Of a DNA stretch of 64,000 nt, positions 45,886 through 59,065 are shown piece after piece; position 1 is the first letter of the stretch; the number at the start of each line of letters is the position of its first letter. The stretch is from Mustelus asterias. Taxonomy: Eukaryota. A program made the position numbers and the translations under genes. Under the pieces are notes generated by a model that did not search any database, had not been told where the DNA came from, and saw only the letters and a program-made list of their open reading frames with translations. Where the stretch lies: assembly GCF_964213995.1 (NCBI RefSeq), contig NW_027590122.1, positions 1,798,001 to 1,862,000 of the forward strand. Direction: 5' to 3'.

Positions 45886-48590
45886 TCATGGAGTTATAGA
45901 GGTTTCCAGCTTGGAAACGGGCCCTTCAGCCCAACTTGTCCATGCCGCCCCTTTTTTAACCCCTGTGCTCATCCCAATTGTCCACGTTTGGTCCATATCC
46001 CTCGACACCCATCTTACCCATGTAACTCTAAACGCTTTTTAAAAGACAAAATTGTACCTGCCTCTACTACTACCTCTGGCACCTTTTTCCAGACACTCAC
46101 CACCCTCTGTGTGAAACAAGTGCCCCTCTGGACCCTTCTGTATCTCTCCCCTCTCACCTTAAACCTATGCCCTCTAGTTTTAGACTCCCCTACCCTTGGG
46201 AAAAGATATTGACTATCTAGCTGATCTATGCCCCTCATTATTTTATAGACCTCTATAAGTTCACCCCTAAGCCTCTTACATTCCAGGGAAAAAAGTCCCA
46301 GTCTATCCAGCCTCTCTTTATAACTCAAACCATCAAGTCCCGGTAGCATCCTAATAAATCTTTTCTGCAGTCTTTCTAGTTTAATAATATCCTTTCTCTA
46401 ATAGGGTGACCAGAACTGTACACAGTATTCCAAGTGTGGCCTTACCAATGTCTTGTAAAACTTCAACAAGACATTCCAACTCCTGTATTCAATGTTCTGA
46501 CCAACATGCAGAATGCCTTCTTCACCACTCTGTCCACCTGCAACTCCATTTTCAAGGAGCTATGTACCTGTACCCCTAGATTTCTGTTCTGTAACTCTCC
46601 CCAACACCCTACCATTAACTGAGTAAGTCCTGTCCTGGTTCGATCGCCCAAAATGTATTACCTCGCATTTATCTAAATTAAACTCCATCTGCCATTCGTC
46701 AGCCCACTGGCCCAATTGATCAAGATCGCGCTACAATCCTAGATAGCCTTCTCCACTGTCCACGATGCCACCAACTTTGGTGTCATCTGAAAACGTACTA
46801 CCCATGCCTCCTACATTCTCATCCAAATCATTAATATAAATGACAAATAACAGTGGACCCAGCACTGATCCTTGAGGCACGCCGCTGGTCACAGGCTCCA
46901 GTTTGAAAAACAACCTTCGACAACCACCCTGTCTTCTGTCATCAAGCCAATTTTGTATCCATTTGGCTAACTCACCCTGGATTTCATTAGATTTAACCTT
47001 AAGCAACAACCTACCTTGCGGTACCTTGTCAAAGGCCTTGCTAAAGTCCACGTAGACAGCATCACCTGTACTGCCCTGATCTACCTTCTTGGTTACCCCT
47101 TCAAAAAACTCAATCAAATTTGTGAGACATGATTTTCCACTCACAAAGCCATGCTGACCGTCCCTAATCAGTCCTTGTGTCTCCAAATGCCTGTAGATCC
47201 TGTCTCTCAAATACCTTCTTACAACTTACAGATGTGAATCACACCGCCCTTTAGTTCCCAGGCTTTTCCCTGCAGCCCTTTTTAAACAAAGGCTCCACAT
47301 TTGCCACCCTCCAATCTTTAGGTACCTCACCCGTGACTATCGATGATTCAAATATCTCTGCTCGGAGACCCGCAATTTCCTCCCTAGCCTCCCACAGTGT
47401 TCTGGGATACACTTCATCAGGTCCCGGGGATTTATCTACCTTGATGCGCTTTATGACTTCCAGCACCTCCTTCTCTGTTATAAGTACACTTCTCAAGACA
47501 TCACTTTATTTCCCCAAGTTCCCTAACATCCATGCTTTTCTCAACAATAAATAATGATGAAAAATATTCATTTATGATCTCACCCATCTCTTGTGGATCC
47601 GCACATAGATGACCTTGTTGATCCTTCAGAGGCCCTACTCTCTACCTAGTTACTCTTTGGCACTTTATGTATTTATAGAACCTCTTTGGATTCTCCTTTG
47701 CCTTATCTGCCAAAACAATCTCGTGTCCCCTTTTTGCCCTCCTGATTTCTCTCTTAATTCTACTCCTACACCCTCTATACTCTTCAAGGGATCCACTTGA
47801 TCCCAGCTGCCTATGCATGTCATGTGCCTCCTTCTTCTTGACGAGGGCCTCAATATCTCGAGTCATCCAGGGTTCCCGACTTCTACCAGCCTTGCCCATC
47901 ACTCTAAGAGCAATGTGCTTACCCTGAACCCTGGTTAAAACACTTTTGAAAGCCTCCCACTTACCAGACGTCCCTTTGCCTTCCCACAGACTCCCCCAGT
48001 TAACTGTCGAAAGTTCCTGCCTGATACCATCAACATTGGCCTTTCCCTAATTTAGAATTTTTACTTTTGGACCTGACCAATCATTTTCCATAGGTATCTT
48101 AAAACTAATGGAATTATGGTCACTGGTCCCAAAGTGATCCCTCACTCACACTTCTATCACCTGCCCTTCCTTATTTTCCAAGAGGAGGTCAGGTTTTGCC
48201 CCTCTCTAGTCGGGCCATCCACATACTGAATGAGAAATTCCTCCTGAATACACTCAACAAATTTCTCTCCATCCAAGCCTCTAATACTGTGGTTGTCCCA
48301 GTCAATGTTGGGAAAGTTAAAATCTCCGACTATTACCACCCTATTTTTCTTGGAACTATCTGTAATCTCCTTACATATTTGCTCCTCAATTTCCCACCGA
48401 CTATTTGGGGGCCTATAGTACAACCCTATCAAAGTGATTTCCCCCTTCTTATTTCTCAGTTCACCCCTTTTGACTCAGTAGGCGAACCCTCGGATATATC
48501 CCTTCTCAGTACTGCCGTGATGTTTTCCTGAATCAAAAGTGCAACTCCCCCTCCTTTCTTTCCTCCTGTTCTATCTTTCCTATGGCATCT
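45886..48590 (-). mobile_element. CR1 LINE ORF2 (EN+RT), frameshifted
   Basis: IGLYYRPP..VVIVGDFNFPNIDW (APE), KSPGPD, DFSKAFDKVP, SGVPQGSVLGPLLF, FSDD; several frameshifts. Confidence 0.92.
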
Positions 48591-50113
48591 TGTTTTTAAC
48601 TTGTTTTTAAATCACCCAGAAACTCGTGTCTATTTTAGTTTATAATTGTGGATTTATTGGAGCCAGTTAAATGTGGAAATTTTAAGCATACCCTGGAGGA
48701 ATTTGGAACAACTGAGAATTTTATATTGTTGTCACCTCAACCCCAGGTAAAGAACAAGGAGATTGCAGGTGGTAACGTGTTTGGGATTTTAAATTAACAA
48801 AGATTAGATGTTGCTGATAAAATCAGGCCTTGGAAGTTGGCTTAAAAAGGGTTAAGTTACAATGAAGGATCTTGCATCTTATTTTAATCAAGGAGTTGTG
48901 AGCTTGTAGTGCTCTGTCGCTTTAAGAAGCTACAGCTGCGAGAGAGAATGCTGAGGATTCATTGTTTGAAATTTACGAGCTGTGAGAATCTGTGTGTTTT
49001 GTTTGTTTTATGTGGATGTTTGTAGATATGTTTTATCATTGTTTTGGGCTACATTTGTTAAGGTTTATCTTTCTGGGGAATTAATCTTACCTTGAGTCTT
49101 TAATTAAAGGCATTTTTGGGAGTTTAAAAACAGAATCAGAAGAATGCTTAAGTAATTAATTTTGGTTATTATTGTAAAGCACATGCTAAGTTTCTCTGTT
49201 TGTGTGTGGATGATTTTTGTGGGTTGAACGCTTTAAGCTTTAAGGTTTTTTGTCTGTGATTTAAATCAAACAGATTTTTTAAATGGAAGTGTCATGAATA
49301 AAGCTTTTTTTTTCAAAAGTTATGAACCTGGAGCCATATTTACTGACCAGAGACAGGATTCCAGGATATTTTACTAAACATGTGGGAATTTTAATCCAGA
49401 TAAAACTCACTCATGAAAATGAGACTTTTAACTTGTAATGGTTATTGTAAGGGGAAGTTTTCTCACTTCCTACCAGCATGAAAGACAAGCAGACATGAGT
49501 ACAGTACAAAAAGGCAACACAAATTTTATTCTCTGTTTAAAATAACAAAACTGCAGGCCTGGGGAGAGACAGCTGCTCGTCAACTGCTCTGCCTGGCTAT
49601 TATGCGCTTTACAGTTTATAGGGTTTTGAACTTCGTGCCAAACATATGGTAATAGGCTCATCATTTACTACAAGTTACATGATCAGTATCTGCTCATAAC
49701 ACAAAGCAGTGGCACAATAGCGAGATATTAAAACAGCCATTATAGATAGGTGGAGCTGATCCCATTTCCCCTGGGCTGATCTGTTTCTGGAGGGCTCCCT
49801 TTGTGATTTGAGCTTCTTGCATAATCTAATCAGTTGAGCTATTGTCTGTGTTTCCCTGCTTGGAGTCGAAAGTGATTAAGGCTGTCTGAAGTGATTAGGG
49901 GATGCAAGGAGCCTCTCCATGAGTCATCGCATTGCTGTGAACTGTTGACAATATTTTAAAATAAATTTGATATACACACGTAAAAATATCCATGATATTA
50001 AGCATAAAAGTCGTCTTAAGCATAAAGGCCGCCCCCTTCAGTTATTTAAAATTTGGTACATATGAAACGATTCTGACCAATTCTGTGTTGGATTGATCTT
50101 GGGTTAAACTTCC

Positions 50114-50659
50114 TGTCAGGTCCAAAGATTTATTCCTGACACAATTAACACAATGAAAAGGAAAATTCTGGAATTGGATACTGAAGAACAGAGTTTAAAA
50201 GGAGAGATTATTAAATAGAAATGATTCCCAGACCGTGTGGTCATTAGATTGAAACAAAGGAAGGGTGCTGACATCCATTTGAGAACTTTTAATCCACCCC
50301 TTTTCAAACTGAGTCTATGTACAAAGAAAACGCCAAGGATGGTCGATAAGGGGGTCTGGAAAACATCATGATGGGGGCACCTATCTGTTCATGAGATGCT
50401 CACAAAGCCCCATGATGCCCAGATACTAATTTAATTGCACCTATATGTAATGTATGTAATCTATCACCATTCTGATTGGATTGTGTCCAGCCGGGATGGA
50501 CTGAGTAACTGCATAAGAATTGATGATATTCTTTGTTGGGTGGAGTTGCACATGGTCAGCCCCTGTGGCTTCTCCCCGCTGGCCTAGCTCAATAAACTGT
50601 TTGTCGATTGAATCAGGTTTGAGTGTTGAATGATTCTTCTGAGTTCATTCCCCCCAACA
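50114..50659 (+). mobile_element. Possible LTR
   Basis: TG...CA ends, CATAAGA and AATAAA (~50591); abuts the integrase fragment. Boundaries uncertain. Confidence 0.4.
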
Positions 50660-50815
50660 CACTGGGTACATTACCACTTCATCCTTGGGAGTGGCCTGAT
50701 AGGCCGTGGTCCAGACTACATGTGGCCCTTGGGGGGCCTTTCATGAATCACATGTTTTTGCTTGTTGTAGATGCACATTCAAAATGCTTGGAAGCACAGA
50801 TCATGAGTAATATTA
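50660..50815 (+). mobile_element. Gypsy-type integrase fragment
   Basis: PLHPWEWPDRPWSRLHV..GGPFMNHMFLLVVDAHSK. Confidence 0.85.
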
Positions 50816-51489
50816 CAGGACAATTAGGACTAGCTTAGTGGTAAAAACTGTGCGGCATGGACAAGTTGGGCCGAAGGGCCTGTTTCCATGCTGTAAACCT
50901 CTATGACTCTAACTACCTTTTTTGTAGCCTGAAGTTCCCACAATTGGAAAGCAGCCAGATTAGTTAAATAGACAGCATTAATTGTGAGACAATTAAATAA
51001 TAAATGATTCATTAATACAGATGTTATAAAGGCTGGAAATGTAAATTTGAACACAAGTTTATAACTTTTAGAATTATAAACACATTAAGAATGGTTAAAA
51101 TGCTGTGGGAATTATCAGATGTTCCCTTCCCATGCTGACAGAATAAAGAAAGATGAAAGGACTTGTTAACCTTGACTGGAGGGAATGAATCGGCTCCTGT
51201 TCAAGATGTCTCAACATTGAATGACTGATGTTAACCAATTATCGGTCGACCCAATTATCAGGCTACCCCAAGCTAAGAGATATTGTTTGAGAGAAAGATA
51301 TGTCTTAAAATTAAGACAATGTGTGCAATTAGCTAAAAACCAAATCAATTTCATTATTGACAAGTTATAGACCAATTCACTAATTCCTAACAATTAGCTG
51401 AGCTGGGCTTTCTACATTTTTAAAGTATAAAAAAGGGGATTCGAGAAACCAATTTGGTAAAAGTTTTTAAAAGTTAACTTTTTTTATAG

Positions 51490-51772
51490 TTTGTTTATTA
51501 GTGTCACACATAGACTTACATTAACATTGCAATGAAGTTACTCTGAAAATCCCCCAGTTGCCACACTCTGGCACCTGTTTGGGTAAACTGAGGGAGAATT
51601 TAGCATGGCCAATGTACCCAACCAGCACGTCTTTCGGACTGTGGGAGGAAACCGGAGCACCCGAAGGAAACCTGCACAGACACGGGGAGAATGTGCAAAC
51701 TCCGCACAGCCAGTGACCCAAGCCGGGACTCGAACCCTCTGCTGTGAGGCAGCAGTGCCTCACACTGTGCCC
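51490..51772 (-). mobile_element. V-SINE
   Basis: rc SINE core; absent from the inverted paralog at ~12700-12760. Confidence 0.85.
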
Positions 51773-52607
51773 TACAGAGAGACGTTGAGAGCTGTTAGTT
51801 TTACAAGTTATCCACGTTTTCAGAGCCATCACTTCATGTCCTGGTTTGAGAAGGATGGAGAAGTTAAAGTTCAGCTTTCCTCCTTTTGCTGTAGATCCAT
51901 ACTTTGCTTTTTTATCTTTCTGACTTGTTACATTTTTAATGGTTAATAAACTTTCTGAATTCACCGTTTAAAATATCCTTTCTTGCCATATGGTTAAGTC
52001 ACAAACCTGGTGTGATTTACGATTAGGGAGGTTATTGCAAACAAGAGAACCCCCATAAATCTTAGTTCAAATAAATCAAAGTTCTTATAAATGGAATGCT
52101 ATCCTTTATTTTGAGAGAAATTGAACATAGAAGTAAAGATGTTATGCTTCAGTAGTGCAGGGCGTTGCTGAGATTGCACCTTGAACACAGGGTACAATTT
52201 TGTCTCCTATTAAACAAAGGATATAAATGCATTGGAAGCAGTTCAGAGGAGGTTCACAAGATTGATTCCCAATCCAGTAGTGTGAAACATTAACACTGTT
52301 TCTCTCTCCACAGATGCTGCAAGACGTGTTGTGTTTTTCCAGCTCTTTCTGTATTTATTTTAGATCTACCTGTAGTGGTAGGAAAAACACTATTTACTAT
52401 CCAGGATAAAATAAATGTCCTTTCAGTGGAAATGTGCTCACCCAGGCTCAAAGAGCATCAGAGAACTAGAAGCAAAGTCATGAGACCGGCCAGTCCAACA
52501 GAAAGAAACCCTCCGACCCTCCCACTTCACCAACTGTCAGAATGAACATGGTTTAGTCCTGGATGTGATTAACAGCAGCAAGAACAGCAGAATCCAACCC
52601 CTGTCAT

Positions 52608-52960
<353 letters not shown>

Positions 52961-54242
52961 TGTGATCACACGGGTTGGATCCTGCTGTTATTGTTTCTGC
53001 TCTCAATTACATCCAGGACTGCATTTTGTTCATTCTCACAGTTGGTCAATGGGGAGGGTCGGAGGGTTTCTTTCTGCTGGACTGGCCGGTCTCATGACTT
53101 TGCCTCCAGTGGGCTGATGCTCTTTGAGACTTGTTGTGAATACCTGGTTTCAGATTTCACACGGATCACAGAGTGACCGGGAGTGAGGAAGTTCAGAGAT
53201 ATTTAGTCAGCACTTCTGTCTAAAACCCCTCAAATGCCCATCCAATTCCCTTTGTAATTGTTTATTGTCTCCACTTCCTCCTCCCTCGTAGGCAGCGAGT
53301 TCCAGCTCATTACCATTCGCTGCATCAAAATATTCTTCCTCACATCTCCCCCCTACATCTCTGACCCAAAACCTTAAATCTGTGACCCCCTCGTCCTTGT
53401 CCCATCAGCTAATGGGAACAGCTTTTCTTTGTCCACCTTATCTAAACCTGTCAGAATCTTGTCCACCTCTATCAAATCTCCCCTCAACCTCCTTTGCTCC
53501 AAGGGGAACAACCCCAGCCTGACGTTGACAATAAAGAACAAACTAACAGAATATGTTCATACCTGAAATCAAATGGGAATGTTTAATTTCTATTTTAAAG
53601 ATATTGTGAATATATTGTCCTGGACAATAAAGGAATTGGAATAATTCACCTTGGATGTGGTTGAATGGAATATATCAATCTGGTATCCACCTACAGTCTA
53701 GGGAAAGTCTGGAATGTGTAGCTGGGATGAATAAGTTGATCACTTTCTCTGGGAGATATTTACAACTTTGTCCATGAACTTTGTTTTTTAAAAATCCACA
53801 TTTGAAAGCCCGGCCACTACATGAAATATCAGCACCAGAACAGCAGGAGATAAGAAAGACAGACACTCACTTTGATCTTTTCATCCGCGCATCTGAGAGT
53901 TAAGAATGTGTGACATGATTTTGGGACACCGGAGTGAGTGGACAGATGTGATTTGTTACATGTGAAAAATAACAAGCCTAAATTCATGGTGAGATGGAGT
54001 GAAGAGCGGGTCCCAAACACACACAGCTACTTGAGACACAGCAGGAGATGAAATGGTTAATGTGGCCAGGGGATTGAGACAACATTGTGACATCATCAAG
54101 GCATTGACACTCCAGAGAGAAACTGAGTTCAAAACAATCAGGATCCAATTAAACACACTGCACATGGACACACAGTGAGGAAAATTACAGTAAAATGGAT
54201 AATCTATTCATCGAGAAGGAAAGGAGCTGGTGCAGAAAAAGA

Positions 54243-54880
54243 TCAACTGAGTGTGAGATAGGTCCATTCAAAAGTCTGATGGCAGCAGGGAGGAAGCTGC
54301 TCTTGAGTCAGTTGGTACATGTCCTGATTTTTGTGTCTTTTTCCTGACAGAAAGTGGAAGAGAGAATGTCTGGGGTGGGTGGTGTCCTTAATTATGCTGG
54401 CTGCTTTGTGGAGGCAGCAGGAAGTGTAGACATAGTCAATGGATGGGAGGCTGGTTTGCATGATGGATTGGGTTTTGTTCACGACCTTTGTAGTTTATTG
54501 CGGTCTTGGACAGAGCAGGAGCCATACCAAGCTGTGATACAATCAGAAAGAATGCTTTCTATGGTGAATCTGTAGAAGTTGGGAGAGTCATAGCTGATGT
54601 GCTAAATTTCCTTAGTCTTCTGAGAAAGTAGAGGCATTGGTGGGCTTTACTATAGTGTCGGCATGGGGGGGAACCAGGACAGGTTGTTGGTGATTGGGAC
54701 ACCTAAAAACATGAAGCTCTCGACCATTTCTGTATCGTCCCCATTGAAGTAGACAGTGGCATGTTCTCCTTTACGCTTCCTGAAACCGATGTCAGTCTCC
54801 TTCATTTAGTTGGTATTGAGGGAGAGATTATTGCCGCCGCACCAGTTCACCAGATTCTCTATCTCATTCCTGTCTCCGTC
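54243..54880 (-). mobile_element. Rex1/Babar-type LINE fragment
   Basis: TSLPSIDYVYTSCCLHKAASIIKDTTHPRHSLFH; homologous to 18107-18340. Confidence 0.8.
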
Positions 54881-55224
54881 TCATCAGTTCCTGAGAGCTT
54901 TTGAAGCCGCACCCACATTCGGAGAATTTAAAGGATCTCTGCAGAGTGTGAGTGATGTTCTGTCTGTGCAGTCTGGATAACCGAGTAAATCCTTTCACAC
55001 TCACTGAGCAGGTAAATGGTCTCTCCCCGGTGTGAACTCACTGGTGTTCCTGCAGGTTGGATGACCATTTAAATCTCTTTGTGCAGTGAGAGTGTGCTGG
55101 TGGGACACCAATTAGCCAGAACTTTTGAAGCCGCGCCCACACACACAGAGCAGCTGAACTGTCTCTCCCCTGTGTAAATGCACTGGTTGATCATCAGTTC
55201 CTGAGAGGTTTTGAGTCCGGCCTC

Positions 55225-56682
55225 TCAGTCAGAGCATTTAAAGGGTCTCTCCTTGGTGTGAGTAACATTGTGTCTCAGCAAGCTGGATGACTGAGTGAAT
55301 CCCTTCCCACACACAGAGCAGGGGAATGGTTTCTCCCCAGTGTGAACTCGCTGGTGTATCCACAGTGTGGATGACCTTTTAAATCTCTTTGTGCAGTGAG
55401 AACAGCTGAACGGTCTCTCCTCAGTGTGAACTCGCTGGTGAATCAACAGTTCTTGAGAGCTTTCAAAACCAGTCCCACAGTCAGTGCATTGAAAGGGTCT
55501 CTCCTGGGTGTGAGTGCTTTTGTGCTTCAGCAGGCTGGACAACTGAGTGAATCCTTTCCCACACACACAGCAGGGGAATGGTTTCTCCCCAGTGTGAACT
55601 CGCTGGTGTTTCCGCAGATTGGATGAACTTTTAAATCTCTTTGTGCAGTGAGAGCAGCTGAAGGGTCTCTCCTCAGTGTGAATGCGCTGGTGAATCATCA
55701 GATCCGCAGCACTTTTGAAGCCACGCCCACAGTCAGAGCATTTAAAAGGTCTCTCATTGCTGTGAGTGACTTTGTGTGTTGTCAGACCAGATGACTGAGT
55801 GAATCCCTTCCCACACACAGAGCAAGTGAATGGCCTCTTCCCAGTGTGAACTCGCTGGTGTACCCGCAGATTGGATGAGGTTTTGAACCTCTTTGTGCAG
55901 TGAGAGCAGCTGAACGGTCTCTCCTCGGTGTGAATGCGCTGGTGGATATTCAGATCCGCAGCACTTTTGAAGCCACTCCCACAGTCAGAGCATTTAAAGG
56001 GTCTCTCATTGCTGTGAGTGACTTTGTGATTCTGTAAGTGGGATGACTGAGTGAATCCCTTCCCACACACAGAGCAGGTGAATGGCCTCTCCCCAGTATG
56101 AACTCGCTGGTGTGTCTGCAGGTGGGATGACCGATTGAATCCCTTCCCACACACAGAGCAGGTGAACAGTCCCTCTGCAGTGTGAAAGCGTTTGTGGGAC
56201 ATCAGTTCACCAGAGCTTTTGAAGCCTCTCCCACAGTCAGAGCATTTAAAGGGTCTCTCCTGGGTGTGGGTGACTTTGTGTTTCAGCAGGCTGGATAATT
56301 GAGTGAATCCCTTCCCACACACACAGCAGGTGAACAGTCTCTCCCCGGTGTGAACTCGCTGGTGTTGCCGCAGGTTGGATGATGTTCTGAATGTCTTTGT
56401 GCAGTGAGAGCAGCTGAACGGTCTCTCCTCAGTGTGAATGCGCTCGTGCTCTCTCAGATCCGCAGCACGTTTGAAGCCGCTTCCACAGTCAGAGCATTTA
56501 AAGGGTCTCTCATTGCTGTGAGTGACTTTGTGTCTGAGCAGGTGGGATAACTGAATGTATCCCTTCCCACACACAGAGCAGGTGAATGGCCTCTCCCCGG
56601 TGTGACTGCGTCGATGGATTTCCAGGTCACAGGGGGCTCTGTATCTCTTCCCACAGTCCCCACATTTCCACCGTTTCTCCAT
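55225..56682 (-). CDS. C2H2 zinc-finger protein, 17 fingers, stop within the 18th
   Basis: ORF 55225..56718; likely start MEKRWKC; decayed fingers continue to ~54880; acceptor at ~57041, donor at ~57724. Confidence 0.9.
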   Translation of the reverse strand: MEKRWKCGDCGKRYRAPCDLEIHRRSHTGERPFTCSVCGKGYIQLSHLLRHKVTHSNERPFKCSDCGSGFKRAADLREHERIHTEERPFSCSHCTKTFRTSSNLRQHQRVHTGERLFTCCVCGKGFTQLSSLLKHKVTHTQERPFKCSDCGRGFKSSGELMSHKRFHTAEGLFTCSVCGKGFNRSSHLQTHQRVHTGERPFTCSVCGKGFTQSSHLQNHKVTHSNERPFKCSDCGSGFKSAADLNIHQRIHTEERPFSCSHCTKRFKTSSNLRVHQRVHTGKRPFTCSVCGKGFTQSSGLTTHKVTHSNERPFKCSDCGRGFKSAADLMIHQRIHTEERPFSCSHCTKRFKSSSNLRKHQRVHTGEKPFPCCVCGKGFTQLSSLLKHKSTHTQERPFQCTDCGTGFESSQELLIHQRVHTEERPFSCSHCTKRFKRSSTLWIHQRVHTGEKPFPCSVCGKGFTQSSSLLRHNVTHTKERPFKCSD

Positions 56683-57267
56683 GGTGCAGGTGTCCTTGTG
56701 ACTCTCCCGGTTAAACAATCAGTTAAATCTCACACAGAACTTGGGTACAGTCTCTCCCCGCTGTGAATGCTGCTATGTATTTTCAGGCTGTGTAACTGGT
56801 TAAAGCTCTTTCCACACTCAGTGCACTGGAACACTGTCCCTCGGGAGTATCTGTATCTTGCTGCTTTTCCAGTCACATTGATATTAAAGACCTGTTTTCG
56901 CAGACAGAACAGAGAAACATTTCTCCTTCCAGATTCAAAGTCTGATAATATTCAGGTCCGATGAATTGAGTGAGGGTGTCAGATGCTGATGTGATGTTTG
57001 TTTCAAGATTTTGGTCTGTTAATCCTCACCTTCTCATATCCTGTAAAAATTCATCAATGTCAGCACAGGATAGAAATTCAGAACAGACAATTCTAGTTTC
57101 TATGGAACATTCTTTCCTCTCTCATTCCCCAAAAGCTGTAAATCTCCATCCCACACACTCTCCCTCCATTCTCACTCTGCTGTATCTAATATTCACCCTC
57201 CCAGTTCTCCTGAAGGTGCTGATTGAGGCTGATTGACAGATCCATGCTCACTGCTTCCTGTCCTGGA

Positions 57268-57528
57268 TAGTCATGATAGACAATACACATCTTTTTAGCC
57301 TGTCTTGATGCTCTCTCCACTCACATTGTTTCGTTTCTTAAAGACTTGATTAGTTGTAAGTATTTGCATTCCTACCATTATTCATGTAAATTGAGTCTGT
57401 GTCTTTATAAGCTCTGTTTGTGAACAGAATTCCCACTCACCTGAAGAAGGGGCTAAGAGCTCCGAAAGCTTGTGTGGCTTTTGCTACCAAATAAACCTGT
57501 TGGACTTTAACCTGGTGTTGTTAAACTT
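57268..57528 (+). mobile_element. Penelope-derived insert with a hammerhead motif (57438-57474)
   Basis: CAC-CTGAAGA-A-GGGGC-TAAGA-GCTCC-GAAA-GC-TT-GTG; flanked by TCCTG(T/C)CCTGGA. Confidence 0.7.
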
Positions 57529-57724
57529 ATCCTGCCCTGGACACAGAGAGCTGGAAATCTCCATGCAGGCTGCCAGACAGATCTATGTCTATCTGACTGG
57601 ACTAACAATGGGTGGAATATACAGACTGGATTCACTTCCTTTCCCTTCAGTTGCTGCAAGTCCCCAATTTCCCCCAGAATGAGAAAAGAAATGGAAAGGG
57701 GAGAAAAGAAAGTGTTTTACTCAC

Positions 57725-58165
57725 AGATGTTGGCGACAGGAGGAAGTTTCCACTCCCCCAAGGTCAGGGGGTGGGATCTCCGCCGCGCGGACCCGGGAGC
57801 CCCGCCCCCACCCATAGTTCCCCTCCCCCTGCACCTCCTCGAGCCAAGGTTTCCAGGCAACCCGCTGGCGGCTCCGGACAGAGCGAGAAGCTGCTCGGTG
57901 ATCTCCCCCTCCCCCCGGCCCCTGACTGCGCATGTCCAAGGGAGAGGGGAAGCTGCGCATGTGCGGTGGAGTGCCCACCCCCTGACCTGTCTGCTGAGGT
58001 GTTGACCAATGGGGGAGTTGGAGGACCTGAAGGACTCTGGTCCTCCAGCCAATCAGAGCTCCCCCATTGTCTGAATGCGGAAGTTGCACAATGAGCTTGT
58101 TCAGCTGCTCATTCCTGCCCGGCAAAGCTGCTGCTTCTCTCTCTGAGTGTAGATTGAGCTTCAGA
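57725..58165. promoter_or_regulatory. Bidirectional ZNF promoter
   Basis: GC box, ACTGCGCATG, TGCGCATGTGCG and CCAAT boxes; the right part is homologous to 17260-17459. Confidence 0.65.
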
Positions 58166-58289
58166 CGGCCTGAGACGTGCCTCCTCTCGGACAACACCCA
58201 GTTTTGTTTCCGGGGTGAGGTGGATTCGTGTTCGCCCGTGTAGCGGAGGGCCCCGGGTCGGAACCGGGCGGAAACTTTGGGAGGGAGGT

Positions 58290-58680
58290 GAGCTGCTGCC
58301 TGTTGCCTGGCCTGCCTGTCGCCTGACCTGCCTGCCTGTCGCCTGGCCTGCCTGCCTGTTGCCTGGCCTGCCGCCTGGCCTGCCTGCCTGTCGCCTGGCC
58401 TGCCTGCCGCCTGGCCTGCTTACCTGCCTGCCTGCCTGCCGTCTGGCCTGCTTACCTGCCTGCCTGCCGTCTGGCCTGCTTACCTGCCTGCCTGCCGTCT
58501 GGCCTGCTTACCTGCCTGCCTGCCGTCTGACCTGCTTACCTGCCTGCCTGCCGTCTGGCCTGCTTACCTGCCTGCCGTCTGGCCTGCTTACCTACCTGCC
58601 TGCCTGCCGTCTGGACTGCCTGCCTGCCTGCCGTCTGGGCTGTCTGCCGTCTGGACTGCCTGCTTGCCTGCCATCCGGCC
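58290..58680 (+). repeat. (CCTG)n-based compound repeat in the Tx1 5' UTR
   Basis: Reiterated GCCTGCTTACCTGCCTGCCGTCTG units. Confidence 0.9.
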
Positions 58681-59065
58681 TCTGGGGGGTGCGCTCTCCC
58701 CGGGGGGGGGGGGGGGAGGAAGAGAGGACAGGGAGTGACTGGAGGAGAGGGGGGGGGCGAAGGCGTTTGGACTGTCTCTTTTCCATCTGCAGTGGGGGGG
58801 GTGAAGACCTTTCCTATTTCCCCTACCCACTACTGCTGCCCCCGGGACCGGCACCCCCTCCCCTTTTCCCTCCTGACTGGGGCATCGGCCTTGTGCCTCA
58901 TCTCCCTCCTGCTCCTCCAACCTCCTCTCTCCCTCTCTCGCTCCGGGGAGAGAGCACCTACACCCTTCCCCGCCTACCCCACCCTGCCTTATCTTCCCCA
59001 TCCCACATACGCCCTGCCGTGCATCTGGGCAGTCTCGGGGTGGGCGTAGCACTTCCCCTGATACC

